This document shows positions 25,407-38,143 of a DNA stretch of 64,000 nt, piece by piece (positions within the stretch are counted from its first letter, which is position 1; the number at the start of each line of letters is the position of its first letter). Origin of the DNA: Schmidtea polychroa (taxonomy: Eukaryota); contig CM097885.1 in the NCBI GenBank assembly GCA_044892525.1, positions 13,828,001 to 13,892,000 of the forward strand. The letters run 5' to 3'. Under the pieces are notes generated by a model, which did no database searches, had not been told where the DNA came from, and was given only the letters and a program-made list of their open reading frames with translations. Both the position numbers and the translations under genes were made by a program.

Positions 25407-26336
25407 GATTAAGAAATATGGAATAGGTCATTTTTTTTTAATTTTTGACTAAAATAAATTCTAAAATAATTGCAAGATATTACTAAAATGTTTTAATTTG
25501 CATTATGTATTTCAAAAACAATATATATATATATTACCCTTTTCATTCAAAATAAGTTAAATATTCAAATATAAGTCTTAGAAAATACTATCAAAATTAA
25601 ATTTTAAAAATATAAATTTTATAAGTTTTTCAAATTCTCGAATAATGTAAATCAGAAATTTTTTTTTTACTAGATATAGACTTATTGATGGAATAAGACA
25701 ATAGAAATAAAAAGATTTTGTTGTATAAGTACTTGTAATAATAGCTATATATTATTAAGTTTACTATTCTACACTAAATATTTCGAAAACAAATATCATA
25801 ATATGAATTATATTACTCCTTTCAATCAAAGTAAATTAAATGTATCATTCAAATACAATTAAAATTAAATCATCAATTTAATACTTTAATTTAGAAATAT
25901 AAATTTTATAAGTAAATGTAAATAAGAAATTAGTGTATTAGCTGTTATAGACTTTTTAAACTTATTGATTAGGCAGTAGAAAGTTACTATTTTTTTCAAA
26001 AAGTCCTTTAATATTGTATTCTATTTATTATTAAATTTACTATTTTACACTAAAAAATTTCAATTAAGAAAACAAACATCATAATATGAAACTTCAATCA
26101 AAATAAGCTAATACTCAAATATATGTCTTATAAAATACAATCAAAATTAAATACTTCACAAAATTAAAGTAAAGTTTTTTAAATTCTCAGATAAATGTTA
26201 ACAAGATATTAATTTATTTTTCATTATAGACTTTTTATACTTATTATTGGTATTAAACAATAGAATGATATTGAAAATATATACAATTTAAAAATACAAT
26301 TAAAATTAAAGTTATATACCATGTATAATGTTGGTA
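25407..26336. repeat. Central spacer of the foldback, containing ~3 diverged ~275-bp tandem units
   Basis: Units begin near 25540, 25818 and 26092 (TTTCAWTCAAARTAA...) and share TTTACTATTYTACACTAAA and AAAACAAAYATCATAATATGAA. Confidence 0.75.
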
Positions 26337-26943
26337 AAATATCATTCACGGCTTGTTATGTAATAAACTAGTCGCGGCTTGTTACGTAATAAAATAGTTT
26401 AAATTATGTATCCTTCTCACTTATATTCACTATTATTCTCCACTATTTAATCCCTATATTCCCCCGATTCTCCATTAATTATTCATTTATATCCCCTCGA
26501 ATTTCCATTAATTATTCGCCTATAACCCCCACCCCGATTTTCTACTTATATTCCGCCGATTTTGATTAATTATTCACTTAAAACATCCCCACAAATATTT
26601 GTTTTAAAAGTTTTTTTTTATTAAATTTATGAATTTTATGAAATAATTTTAAATAAATTCAATTAATATACTTCCATTCTTATCCACCTTCTTCTTATCT
26701 ATGCCACTTCTCATTATTTACCTCCCATAATCCATTAATGGATTATTCTACCAATTAATTTCACCCATTTGAATCGAGTAATGAATAATTTCCTCACTTT
26801 AATGAAGATTCTTACCACCTTCATTGTTAATTTTATCAAAGTTTAAAGAATAATTCTCTTTACATTGCTTACCACTTTAGAATTTTTATCGAAATTTACG
26901 ATAATTTGACTAATTCAATGATAAATGAGTTAATTAATATATA

Positions 26944-29900
26944 CTCTGAGTTTATCCGACAAAATATTCTGTCCCCCTATGGGTATTGCTCACAAAGGGT
27001 ACTACTCACATTCAACATGTCGTAAGGGTATTAGTCGTAAAGGTATTTAATGTTTTTATTTGAATGATTATTTAGGCAAATGTGTTTAAGGCATTCATTG
27101 ATAATTTTTAGAGTTGATGGTTTTATTCAAGTAAATTTCTATCATTTTTGCGGATTTCTGTACTTTTTTGTGAATATCCGTAATTTTTGTGGATATCTAT
27201 CATTTTTGTGAATTTCCTATTATTTTTGCGAATTGCTATAATTTTTATGAATTTTTATCGTTTTTGTGAATTTCTATCATTTTCATGAATTTTTATCATT
27301 TTTGTGAATTTCTTTGATTTTTGTAAATTTCTATTATTTTTGTGGATTTCATGATTATTGAATGAATATTTAATAATTCAAAGTTAGTTCTAAGATAAAT
27401 TTAATTAATTTCTTGATAATTGGATGTATTTTTAATTTTTAATGAGGTTAATAATTAGAGTTTGTACAATAATCAAGTGGTAGGATAAATTTTTATGAGG
27501 ATATTGAACAATTTTCTAAGAATTTCATGTTGACTGATTAAAAGTTTTAATGGTGATAAATTTAATTGATAAATTTAATTGATAAATTTAATTAATTTCT
27601 TGATAATTAGTGGTATTTTATTGAATAGTTTTTAAATAAAAATTAATTTCAAGTGATAGAATAAATTTTTAATGATAAGTTTGTAATATATTTCACTAAA
27701 TAATTTTTTCAATAATTTTCTAAGAATATTTACTCATTGATGAACTTTAAAAAACATGAGCTAAGAAACTAGTTAACTTTAACAAGGAATTTAAATTTAC
27801 TTGAAAATGATTGTAGAATATACTGAAATTTAGTTTGCTGATAGCGCTTGAAAATGATTGGCTGAATCGATGAAGAATTATGATCAATCAATATATATCA
27901 TCTCCAGTATTTGATGGTATATATTTGTAGAAAATTTAGTGAATTTTGATCTTTTAGTGGGCTCTTATTATTTGTCTGGTTCTATAACAATTAATTAAAA
28001 GTCATATTTTTGAAGTTCTCTGAGGATTTTAAGAGGATTGATATATATTAAAGGGCTCAAGTGGGTGAAATCTTTAGGGAAAATAAGGGATATAATCGGA
28101 TAGATGTTTAAAAGGGTAGAAATATTTGCTGAGAGATCGGATAAGATGGGATATTGTCGGTGAGATTTAATGAGTGATCGGTTAAGATGGGGAAAATATG
28201 ATCTTTTAAGGGGATATAGTCGGTTAGATTTAATGAGTGATCGGTTAAGATGGGGAAAATATGATCTTTTAAGGGGATATAGTCGGTTAGATTTAATGTG
28301 AGATGGGTTAAGATGGGAATATATCATTGTAAGGGAGATATAGTCGATTGACTTTAATGAGGAATGGGTTAAGATGGGAATATAGTCGGTTAAATTTAAT
28401 GAGACATGGGTTAAGATGGGAATATATGATTTTTTTAATGGTGATGTTGGTAAAATATCATTGTTTTAAGGGAAATGTCAATACATTAATCAGTTATGTA
28501 TCAATAATAATTATATCGTTTTATTAGATTGTGATTAATTCATTGTATATTAATTTAGATTTATGTTTTAGAACAATGTCGATTTACTTGGTTTTGACGA
28601 TGAAAACTTTACAGATAAATGGGATTGATATCAACTTTAAATTATTTTTATCTTTATTTAGATGGACAACGACAAAAGTTGACCATTTGAAGAAATATAT
28701 TTTATTGAATGGATAAATTTAATCTTTTAATGGGACCTAGTCAGTTATATTTATTTTAAATTTCGAGTACAGTGATTAACAAAAAGTTAATTATAACCGG
28801 TTTTATCATTAGATTTTATCAATTATTTAGGGTTAATGACCAAATTATTTTACATGTTTTATAATATTCGTGATAATAGGAATTAAAGTCATTTAAAGGG
28901 GATTTTAAGCAATCTTATTAGTCTGACGTAAATATATAACCTTTTAAGGATATTTATCGATAAAATACTAATCTTTAAAGATAGTTATTTCAGGGAAATT
29001 TGATGCTTTTTAGATGATTTTAGTGAAATATTTGTAATAATATGGATTAAGGGTAGAAATATAGTCATTTAAGAGATTTTAAGGAATCTTGTTAGTTTGA
29101 GGTGAATATATAGTCTTTTATGAGTACTTATCTTTAAAATATCAATCTTTAAAGATAGTGTTATTTCAATGAAATTTGATGCTTTTTAGATGATATTTGT
29201 ATTAATATGAATTAAGGATAGAAATGTAGTCATTTAAGGGGATTTTAAGGAATCTTGTTAGTTTGAGGTGAATATATGATCTTTAACAAGTACTTATCAT
29301 TAAAATACCAATCTTTAAATATTGATATATTTAGGGGAAAATGATTCTTTTTAGATGATTTTATTGGAGAATTCACTTGGATATACCAATTATTGTCATT
29401 TAAATGAATTTACTGGTTTGTTAGATGTTATCATTAGTTATCTAGTCTCTTTTGGAATTTAATGATAATTATTTTTATTGTAGATTGCTGACTTTGATAA
29501 TTGTAATGAATTTATACTGATTTTTTGAATATATTGAGAAATCAGTCAATCAATTTGAGTACATGTATTACTTTTAAAAAAATAATTAAATTTAATTTTA
29601 TTTAAATTAATTTATTCAATCTTAATCAATTATCTACTAGATCTTATCTTATTAATTTATTATCTTAGTTGATTCAACTTGAATGATCAGCATTTTTTTT
29701 TATTTATTGGATGATTAGAATTTTTTCTTGTCCATTAATTAAATTTTTATGATATTTATTTTGAATAATTTAATCAATTTTTACCAAGTTATTGATGCCT
29801 TGAGTTCAAATAATTTTTCATCCAATTTTTCAAGTGAAGAGTATTTGCTTTTAAAGATCAATTTTTTAGTACATAGTTGTTGGTTCTAGGTAGTTGGTTG

Positions 29901-30321
29901 TTAGTACTTGGTACTTGGTAGTTGGTATCTGATTGACTTTTTAGATTTTGATAAGAAAATAGTGTATGCGATGAAGAATATTTTGTATTTAATTGCTATT
30001 ATTTTTATGTGTTGTTAGTTGATTGTTGGTACTAAGTTGTTGGTATCTTGTATTTGGTAGTTGGTACAGTGTTGTTTACTGATTGTTATATAGTTGTAGG
30101 TTGATATTTGTTAATTTCTCGATGGGTTTTGATGGTGGTTGTTAGTAATTGTTGTTTGAAACCTAGTGGTTAGTACTTAGTAGCTAGTTAATGGGTAGGT
30201 TGTGGTTAAGTGTTACCAATACCCCTACGACTAGTACCTTTACGACCAGTACCCTTACGACTAATACCCTTACGACCAGTACCCTTAGGGGGTCAAAACA
30301 TCCTGTCGGATAAACTCAGAG
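26944..30321. mobile_element. Nested TIR-bounded unit (~3.38 kb) in right arm
   Basis: Inverted counterpart of 21672-24824 with the same TIRs. Confidence 0.8.
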
Positions 30322-31144
30322 TATATATAATAAAACTGATCAATAATAAGTATTTATTGAATGTGATTTTTACTTTGCAATAATAAGTCAGTAGTTATCA
30401 TTTAAAAGAAGAATGTTTTGTAAATTAGAATTCATTAGTCTTTCATTGTAATTATTTTGAATTCCACGTGGTGTTTTAAAGTGGTTGAGTTGTGGTTTTT
30501 TGATGAAAATCAACATTTTTTGTTAAATTTGAAAAGGTTTTTCTACTGATTGTAATTAAAATTATTATAGAAGATGTATAAAAAATTAATTTAAAAAGCA
30601 TTTCATAAAATACAATGAAGAATATTTAGTAGTTCGTTGTAAGTATCTGGTTGTTTGAGAGTTAGTACGTGGTATCATGTTGAAAGTATTTGTTAGCACC
30701 TAGTTAAAAAATAATCAGTAACCGATTGTTGGTAACTGTTGAATTATTATTATTTTTATTATTATTATTATTTTTATTATTATTATTATTATTATTATTC
30801 CATTTAAATTTTCATTAAAAATTACATTTCTCAAAAAAGTTGGTGGTTATTCAATCTTTTGATAATAAATTTAAAAATCTTACTTTAATTTACTTATTAC
30901 ATTACTTATTTAAAAATTATTACTTTAATTAAATTCTTTAAAAATTATTACTTTAATTTACTTATTTAACTTTAATTTAATTTTTTAGAACATTGATTAC
31001 TTATTTTTAAAATTTGGACCTTAATTAACTTTAATTTACTTATCCTTAATTTACCTATTTATGCTTTACTACTTAATTTTACACCATAATTTACTAAACA
31101 ACTAATTATAACCCTTATTTTCATATTTAACCAATAATTTCATG

Positions 31145-32565
31145 TGGTCATCTGGTTGTAAGTGTTTGGTATCTAGTTGACAGTACTAGGTATCTTGTAC
31201 TTGGTTGTTAGTACTTGGTTGATAATGCTTAGTACCTGGTTGATGTTGGTTGTATGTACTTGGTATCTAGTTGTTAGTAACTAGTAGCTAGTTAATGGGT
31301 AGGTGGTTGTAGGTACTTGGTATCTAGTTGTTAGTATCTAGTTGTAGGTACTTGGTTGATAATGCTTAGTACCTGGTATCTAGTTGTTAGCTGGTTGTTA
31401 GTACTTAGTTGTTGGTTGTAAGTAGTAGGTATCTGGTTGTTAGTTGTTAGCTGGTTGTTGGTTGTTAGTACTTGGTAGCTAGTTGTTAGCTGGTTGTTAG
31501 TACTTAGTTGTTGGTTGTAAGTAGTAGGTATCTGGTTGTTAGTTGTTAGCTGGTTGTAGCTAGTTAATGGGTAGGTGGTTGTAGGTACTTCGTAACTGTT
31601 TGTTAGTATCTAGTTGTAGGTACCTGGTTGATGTTGGTTGTATGTACTTGTTAGGTGGTTTTAGGTACTTGGTTGATAATGCTTAGTACCTAGTTGTTGT
31701 AGGTTGTTAGTACTTGGTATCTAGTACCTGGTTGTTGTTAGTTGTTAGTACTTGGTAGCTAGTTAATAGGTAGGTGGTTGTAGGTACTTGGTATCTAGTT
31801 GTTAGTATCTAGTTGTAGGTTGTAGTTGGTAATTAATGCTTAGTACCTGGTTGATGTTGGTTGTATGTACTTGGTATCTAGTACCTAGTTGGTTGGTTGT
31901 TAGTACTTAGTATTTAGTTGGTTGATAATGCTTAGTACCTGGTTGTTGTTGGTTGTTAGTACTTGGTATCTAGTACCTAGTTGGTTGGTTGTTAGTAACT
32001 AGTTGTAAGTACTTGGTAGCAGGTAACTGGTTGTTAGTATCTAGTTGTAGGTTGTAGGTACTTAGTAGTTAGTAATTAATGCTTAGTACCTGGTTGATGT
32101 TGGTTGTAAGTACTTGGTATCTAGTTGATAGCTGGTTGTTTTTGGTTGTAGCTACTTAGTAGTTGGTTAATAATGCTTAATAACTGGTTGTTGACGGTTG
32201 AGTGCTTGGTAGGTGGTAGCTAGTTGGTTGATTGTTTTTGGTTGTTAGTACTTGGTATCAGGTAACTGGTTGTTAGTATCTAGTTGTAGGTATCTGGTTG
32301 ATGTTGGTTGTAGGTACTTAGTAGTTGGTTGTAGGTACTTAGTAGTTGGTAATTAATGCTTAGTACCTGGTTGTTGTTGGTTGTTAGTACTTGTTAGGTG
32401 GTAGTTAGTTGTTAGCTGGTTGTTGTTGGTTGTTAGTACTTGGTAGGTGGTTGTAGGTTGTAAGTAGTTGGTATCAGGTTGTTAGTAACTAGTTGTAGGT
32501 ATCTGGTTGGTAATACATGTTCGTAAGTTACTGGTTGTTGGTACTAAGTTATTGGTTTTGTTGTT
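31145..32565 (-). repeat. G/T-rich shuffled short-word repeat, right arm
   Basis: Reverse-complement vocabulary of 19295-20810. Confidence 0.92.
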
Positions 32566-32929
32566 GAATTATTATTAAAATTTGTCTTTGAAAAATATTT
32601 CATAAAAATTTTCATTAAAAATTATCTTAAAAATTTCCATCTAAAATTATCATTGAAAAATATTTCATAAAAATTTCCATTAAAAATTACCATTGAAAAA
32701 TAATTCATTAAAATTTCTGTTAAAAATTAACTTAAAAAATATTTCATAAAAATTTTCATTAAAAATTATCTTAAAAATTTCCATCTAAAATTATCATTGG
32801 AAAATATTTCATAAAAATTTCTATTAAAAATTAACTTAAAAAATATTTCATAAAAATTTTCATTAAAAAATTTCAATTCTCAAACACCTTCTATTATTTC
32901 AACTTTTTGTTAATAAATTTTAAAATCTT

Positions 32930-33500
32930 ACTTTAATTTATTTTAATTTACTTATTTAAAAATTATTACTTTAATTTACTTATTTAAAATTTTTTACCAT
33001 TGATTACTTAATTTAAAAATTTGGACCTTAATTAACTTTAATTTAATTTTTTAACTTTAATTTACTTTAATTTAAAAATTTGGACCATTATTTACTTTAA
33101 TTGAAAGATTTGAACCATAATTTACTGTAATTCAATTTTTAGGACCATAATTTACTGTAATTTAATTTTTTAGGACCATTATTTACTTTAATTTAATTTT
33201 TAAAAACCATTAATTACTGTAATTCAAAAATTTGAGCCATAATTTACTGTAATTTAATTTTTAGAACCATAATTTACTTTAATTCAATTTTTAGAACCAT
33301 AATTTACTGTAATTTAATTTTTTAGAACCATAATTTACTTTAATTCAATTTTTAGAACCATTATTTACTTTAATTTAATTTTTTGGACCATAATTTACTG
33401 TAATTTAAAAATTTGAGCCATAATTTACTATAATTTAATTTTTAGAACCATAATTTACTTTAATTTTAAAATTTGGACCATTATTTACTTTAATTGAAAA
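32930..33500 (-). repeat. ~30-bp AT-rich tandem repeat, right arm
   Basis: Reverse complement of the 18440-18990 array. Confidence 0.9.
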
Positions 33501-33504
33501 ATTT

Positions 33505-34410
33505 ACCACGTTTTTAGTGTAGAACACCTTTTTCTCAGGACCAAGGAGACCCACCTCACTATAGTCTGAAAAAATCCTTGGCTTTTTTAGTGTAGACCAG
33601 CTTTTTGTATTGAAAATATCCTGAGACCTTAAATTACCATGCTTTTTTAGTGGTAGTCGGATTTTTGTATTGAAAATATCCTGAGACCTTAAATTACCAC
33701 GTTTTTCTAGTGTAGACCAGCTATTTCTCAGGTCCAAGGAGACTCACCTCACTATAGTCTGAAAAAATCCTTGGCTTTTTTAGTGTAGACCAGCTTTTTG
33801 TATTGAAAATATCCTGAGACCTTAAATTACCATGCTTTTTTAGTGGTAGTCGGATTTTTGTATTGAAAATATCCTGAGACCTTAAATTACCACGTTTTTC
33901 TAGTGTAGACCACCTTTTTCTCAGGACCAAGGAGACCCACCTTAATTTAATTCGAAAAATCCATGCTTTTTTAGTGATAGTCGGATTTTTGTATTGAAAA
34001 TATCCTGAGACCTTAAATTACCATGCTTTTTTTAGTGTAGACCAGCTTTTTGTATTGAAAATATCCTGAGACCTTAAATTACCATGCTTTTTTAGTGTAG
34101 ACCAGCTTTTTGTATTGAAAATATCCTGAGACCTTAAATTACCACGTTTTTCTAGTGTAGACCACCTATTTCTCAGGACCAAGGAGACTCACCTCACTAT
34201 AGTCTGAAAATTCCTTGGCTTTTTTAGTGTAGACCAGCTTTTTGTATTGAAAAAAATTTTTTGTATTGAAAATCCCAGGACCATCGAGACCCCCTCATTA
34301 TAGTCTGAAAATTCTATGCTTTTTTATTGATAGTCGGATTTTTGTATTGAAAAAAATTTTTTGTATTGAAAATCCCAGGACCATCGAGACCCCCTCACTA
34401 TAGTGTGATA
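33505..34410 (-). repeat. Modular subterminal minisatellite, right arm
   Basis: Reverse-complement modules of 17140-18435 with different order and copy number. Confidence 0.92.
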
Positions 34411-34480
34411 AAAAAATAATTTGGACCAAAAATCCCTGAGAGCAAAAAATTTGAGTTGGAACAATTGCGTAATAAAAAGT

Positions 34481-34527
34481 TGGAACAATTTTACCCCCCC
34501 CCCCCCGGGGGGGGGGTAATTGTTCCA
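34481..34527. repeat. Subterminal C13-G10 hairpin (right end)
   Basis: TGGAACAATTTTA-C13-G10-TAATTGTTCCA. Confidence 0.9.
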
Positions 34528-35241
34528 GTGGGCTACTATCTACCTACTAGTGTAACTGAGATTACTGGCATACAGGTTATAGGAAATTTAATACTTAACC
34601 AGCAATTAGCAAATATGAAAAATTTAATCAATATTTTCCACTTTTTTATTATTCCTATTTATGGGATATGAAATAATTAAGTCAAAAAATTATCTTACAA
34701 CTTTATTATTCATACAGGCGAGCTAATTTTAATGTAATTTCTAGTTACAAAACCGCCCTGAATAGACATTATGATGATGAATATTTATTTTTAAATTATA
34801 AACAAGTTTTATGGGGCACTTCTGGAAATGATAGGCATTGACCATTTTCTTTCAATTGATTACTTTTTTTTCTATTCAAGTGATGATATTTCAAGCACAT
34901 TTTTCCTAATAAAATCATGATAGATATTTATAGGAGATGTAAATATCCTATTTTTTGATCTCCAGAAACAAAACTGTCTACATTGTACAATTATAAAAGT
35001 CTCCTTAATTTTTTGCGATTTTGTTTATTGTGAATTTAAAAACGAATAATTGAAAATAAAGAATTTCTTTTCTTTTATTTAGTACTATAGGTCAAAAAAT
35101 TAAAATTTATTGGTAATAAAAAAGTAATGAAATGTTTAAAGAAAACAGATCAAAGGTGAAGAAAAGAATTTTCTGATTACTTATATTTCATGATTAATTT
35201 TGTTTTGAAAATTTAATTCTTATTTGATCGAATTATTTAAA

Positions 35242-35418
35242 CAGGCCACTCGAATAACGCGGTGCTTGAATTTGGTTTTTAAAAATTCCTTCTCTTTTTC
35301 TTATAACAACGGTTAAATAATTTAAAAAATTAAATTTTTTTCAAAAATTTCAAGTCTTGCATAACTTGGTTTTTAATACAAAGAAACCATTTTACCGTAT
35401 TTTTCAAGGGTTGCCTAT
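35242..35418. repeat. ~170-bp MITE-like repeat (diverged second copy at ~39930-40102)
   Basis: Both copies contain CTCGAATAACGCGG, TTTTTAAAATTCCTT, GTTAAATAATTT, AAGTCTTG and a TTGCC end. Confidence 0.6.
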
Positions 35419-35852
35419 AAAATATTAAAATTTATTCAAATCCAATAATATAATTTTATAATTGTTTATATTTCCTAGTTTTATGATTGGTTTTCATTTC
35501 ACACATTTTTTTCAACTTTTCTACACCAAAGTCCATTAGAAGACTGCTCAAATTCAAATTATAAATACAGTGAAGCAATTCATTTGAATCAATTTCAATA
35601 AAAAAGTTTTTTATTGGGAAAAGTTGCTTATAAGGAAAAAAGGAGTATAAAAATACATACCATCTAGAAAATATTTTTACTTATCTCTTTTACTACCTCA
35701 GCTGTTCAATTTTATTTTGCAAAAGAAAACATTTTATTATAATTATCATATAAGCGTAGTTATTAATTTTATTTTTTAAAAAAATTAAACAATCAAATTT
35801 TAATAAATCGATGGTTTAGTGTGGCACTAATTGCCCTAACAAACTAAAACAA

Positions 35853-36960
35853 TTACATATATTTGTTCATGATAGCTTTTTCTCTTATTCTATGTATCAA
35901 AAGAACCTCATTGCAGGGTAAGTCATTATTTTTTGCACATTCTATCACCAAATTAAAAGATTTTATAACATCATCGATGTTTTTATTAGTGTCATCCGGC
36001 ATTTTTTCATTTTCATCAACAAGAGCAGTTTCATTTTCTAATTCTGGATTTTCTTTAAGGTCAAATAAATGATATGCCTCGCTTGTTTCACTTGCCCAAT
36101 CCACAATTTCAGTCTCTGCCAAATTACAATCATTTAATATCGAATTATACCATCTTGCCAGGGGAATATCGTCTTCTTCTGAAAAGTGATCAGAATGAAT
36201 GTTGTATTGAATTGCAATAATGATGTGTTATTTTGGGGAGAAACATAACCTTGAAATTCGGGTTACCATTAAAATTATCCTCAGACCCATGACAAGTTGC
36301 ATTATCTACTAAGAGAAGGGCTTTTACAGGAAGGTTTTTAGATTTCAAGTGTCGAGTTACTAAAGGTATAAATATTTCATTATACCAGTCGCTAAAAAGT
36401 GTATAAGTTTGCCAAGCATTTTTTGATGATTTGTAATATATTAGCAACTCCATATTTTTGAAGCAACGCGGAGATTTCGATTTCCCTATCATCATCATAT
36501 CGAATTTATGCGTACCTGTAGAGTTTACGCTTGACATAATTGTTGCTCGTTCTTTCACTGATTTTCCCAGCAAGGGATTTTTCAAAATTTGAAACATTAG
36601 TTTTGTTGGGTAAGCTTTTATAGACGAGACCAGTTTCGTCGCAATTATATATTTGTTCAGGCAAAAAGCCATTTTCAGCAATATAATTTTGAAATTTTCT
36701 TTTTATACGAATTAGCTAGCTCCACATTGCAAGACATACTCTCCAAGACATACAAACAGACAAAATCCATATACCATGGAGTTTTTTAAATTTCGTTAAC
36801 CATCCACCACTTGCTATAAATGTTTAGGGACCATTATTCAATCTATTTACTTTATATTCGTTACAAATGGCCTTTGTTTTTTTACAATTTTCAATGTCCT
36901 TTAAAAGGAATAGTTTATCTTTAAACGAAATAGAACGTCTTTTTTCTTCTGATTCATATT
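35853..36960 (-). pseudogene. Tigger/Jerky-like transposase pseudogene
   Basis: 'KRRSISFKDKL' (psq-type HTH), 'FIASGGWLTKFKKLHGI' (CENP-B HTH), and 'KERATIMSSVNSTGTHK...IGKSKSPRCFK...AW...ALLLVDNATCH...VMFLP' (DDE_1). Frameshifted. Confidence 0.9.
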
Positions 36961-38143
36961 TTATGGTTGAATTGAAAACAAAAACATATTAATTTATTAA
37001 TTTATTAATTAACAGAAATAACAGAATTCACGTAACTATTCTTCAATATTGGCAGCACAAAACACAAACATATTACAATAACAGAATTTTTTACAATTTA
37101 AAATTACCGTAATATCGCGTGTATTGGCCGCATCCGTAGATAAGCCGCAGTCTAAATTTCTTATAAACATGACTTTTTTATAAGCCGCGACTTATCCATG
37201 GAATTAACATAAAATTTTTCCAAAACATATATATTTATTATAAAATTTTATTTCATTAATTTTTATGTAAATATTTTATTTAAATTGATTAAATTTTAAT
37301 TATTTTGGCATTATTTAAATATTTTATTCTGATTCAATAAATATTTTATTTCTGAATTAAAACCCATCTATCGAATGCATACATTAAGAAAATTATAACC
37401 TGCTAAGAAAAAATTTGAAATCATTTTATATACAGAGAAAAATGGCAGCAGACCTACATCTAGACGTTGATGAGAGTCAAATCAGAAACTGGAGAAAAGA
37501 CAAGGAACTTTTATTGTTTCAAAATCCTGGTACGCTTTCTAGAAGAAAAAAAACCACTTTGGCCCGATTTGGAAACGGAGTTAAAATGTGGATATTGAAC
37601 GAACGGGAAAAAGGTTTACAATTATCACAAACAGTAGTTCGTAATAAAGCTTTGGTTATTGCTGCAAATTTAGACAAAGATAAAGCATCTGAATTCAAAT
37701 CTGGAACTAGTTGGTGTAATAATTTTCTGAAAAGAAACAATTTATCAATGAGAGAAAGAATATCTGTTGGTCAACATTTACCAACTGATTGAGAATTAAA
37801 AGCCGCTGAGTTTTTAAAATACTGAGAAGAAAATAATAAGGGTGTAAAGTTAATAAACTTGAGGAATATGGACGAGGTTCCAGATAGTTTTGACATGCTA
37901 AGTAATCAAACTATGAATGAAAAAGGTTCAAAAAATATAAGAATCATGGGATGAAGTAACTTCAAATTGCATAGTAGGAGGGTTTAATCGATCTCGTATT
38001 ATTCGTAACACAGAACATGGAATTACTGAATCAAAAGAAGTAGAAATGTCCGATGAAATAATTACAGAATCTAGCAATACCGATTATTGTGAAGAATTTG
38101 ATGGTTTTGAATTAAAAAAATATATTGGTTTAATGATATATTA

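Larger units (their letters stand above)
17020..34548. mobile_element. Giant (17.5 kb) non-coding foldback element with Polinton/Maverick-like termini
   Basis: Left arm 17020-~25406 is the reverse complement of right arm ~26337-34548. Termini AGTAGGTAGATAGTAGC / GCTACTATCTACCTACT. Direct repeat AGTGTA at 17014-17019 and 34549-34554 (alternatively 8-bp TAGTGTAA if the ends are trimmed by 1 nt). Flanks beyond the TSD are unrelated. No credible ORF. Confidence 0.9.

Noticed and set aside
27995..28327. 110-aa ORF with 21-aa repeats
   Set aside because: Product of a 63-bp tandem repeat; no equivalent ORF is listed for the left-arm counterpart (~23460-23830).
17020..34548. Giant palindrome as a sequencing, amplification or assembly fold-back artefact
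   Set aside because: The arms differ by many indels and reordered arrays, there is a distinct spacer, and the structure is bounded by a TSD with unrelated flanks.
34456..34671. ORF containing PPPPGGG
   Set aside because: Reads through the C/G-tract hairpin and across the element boundary into flanking DNA.
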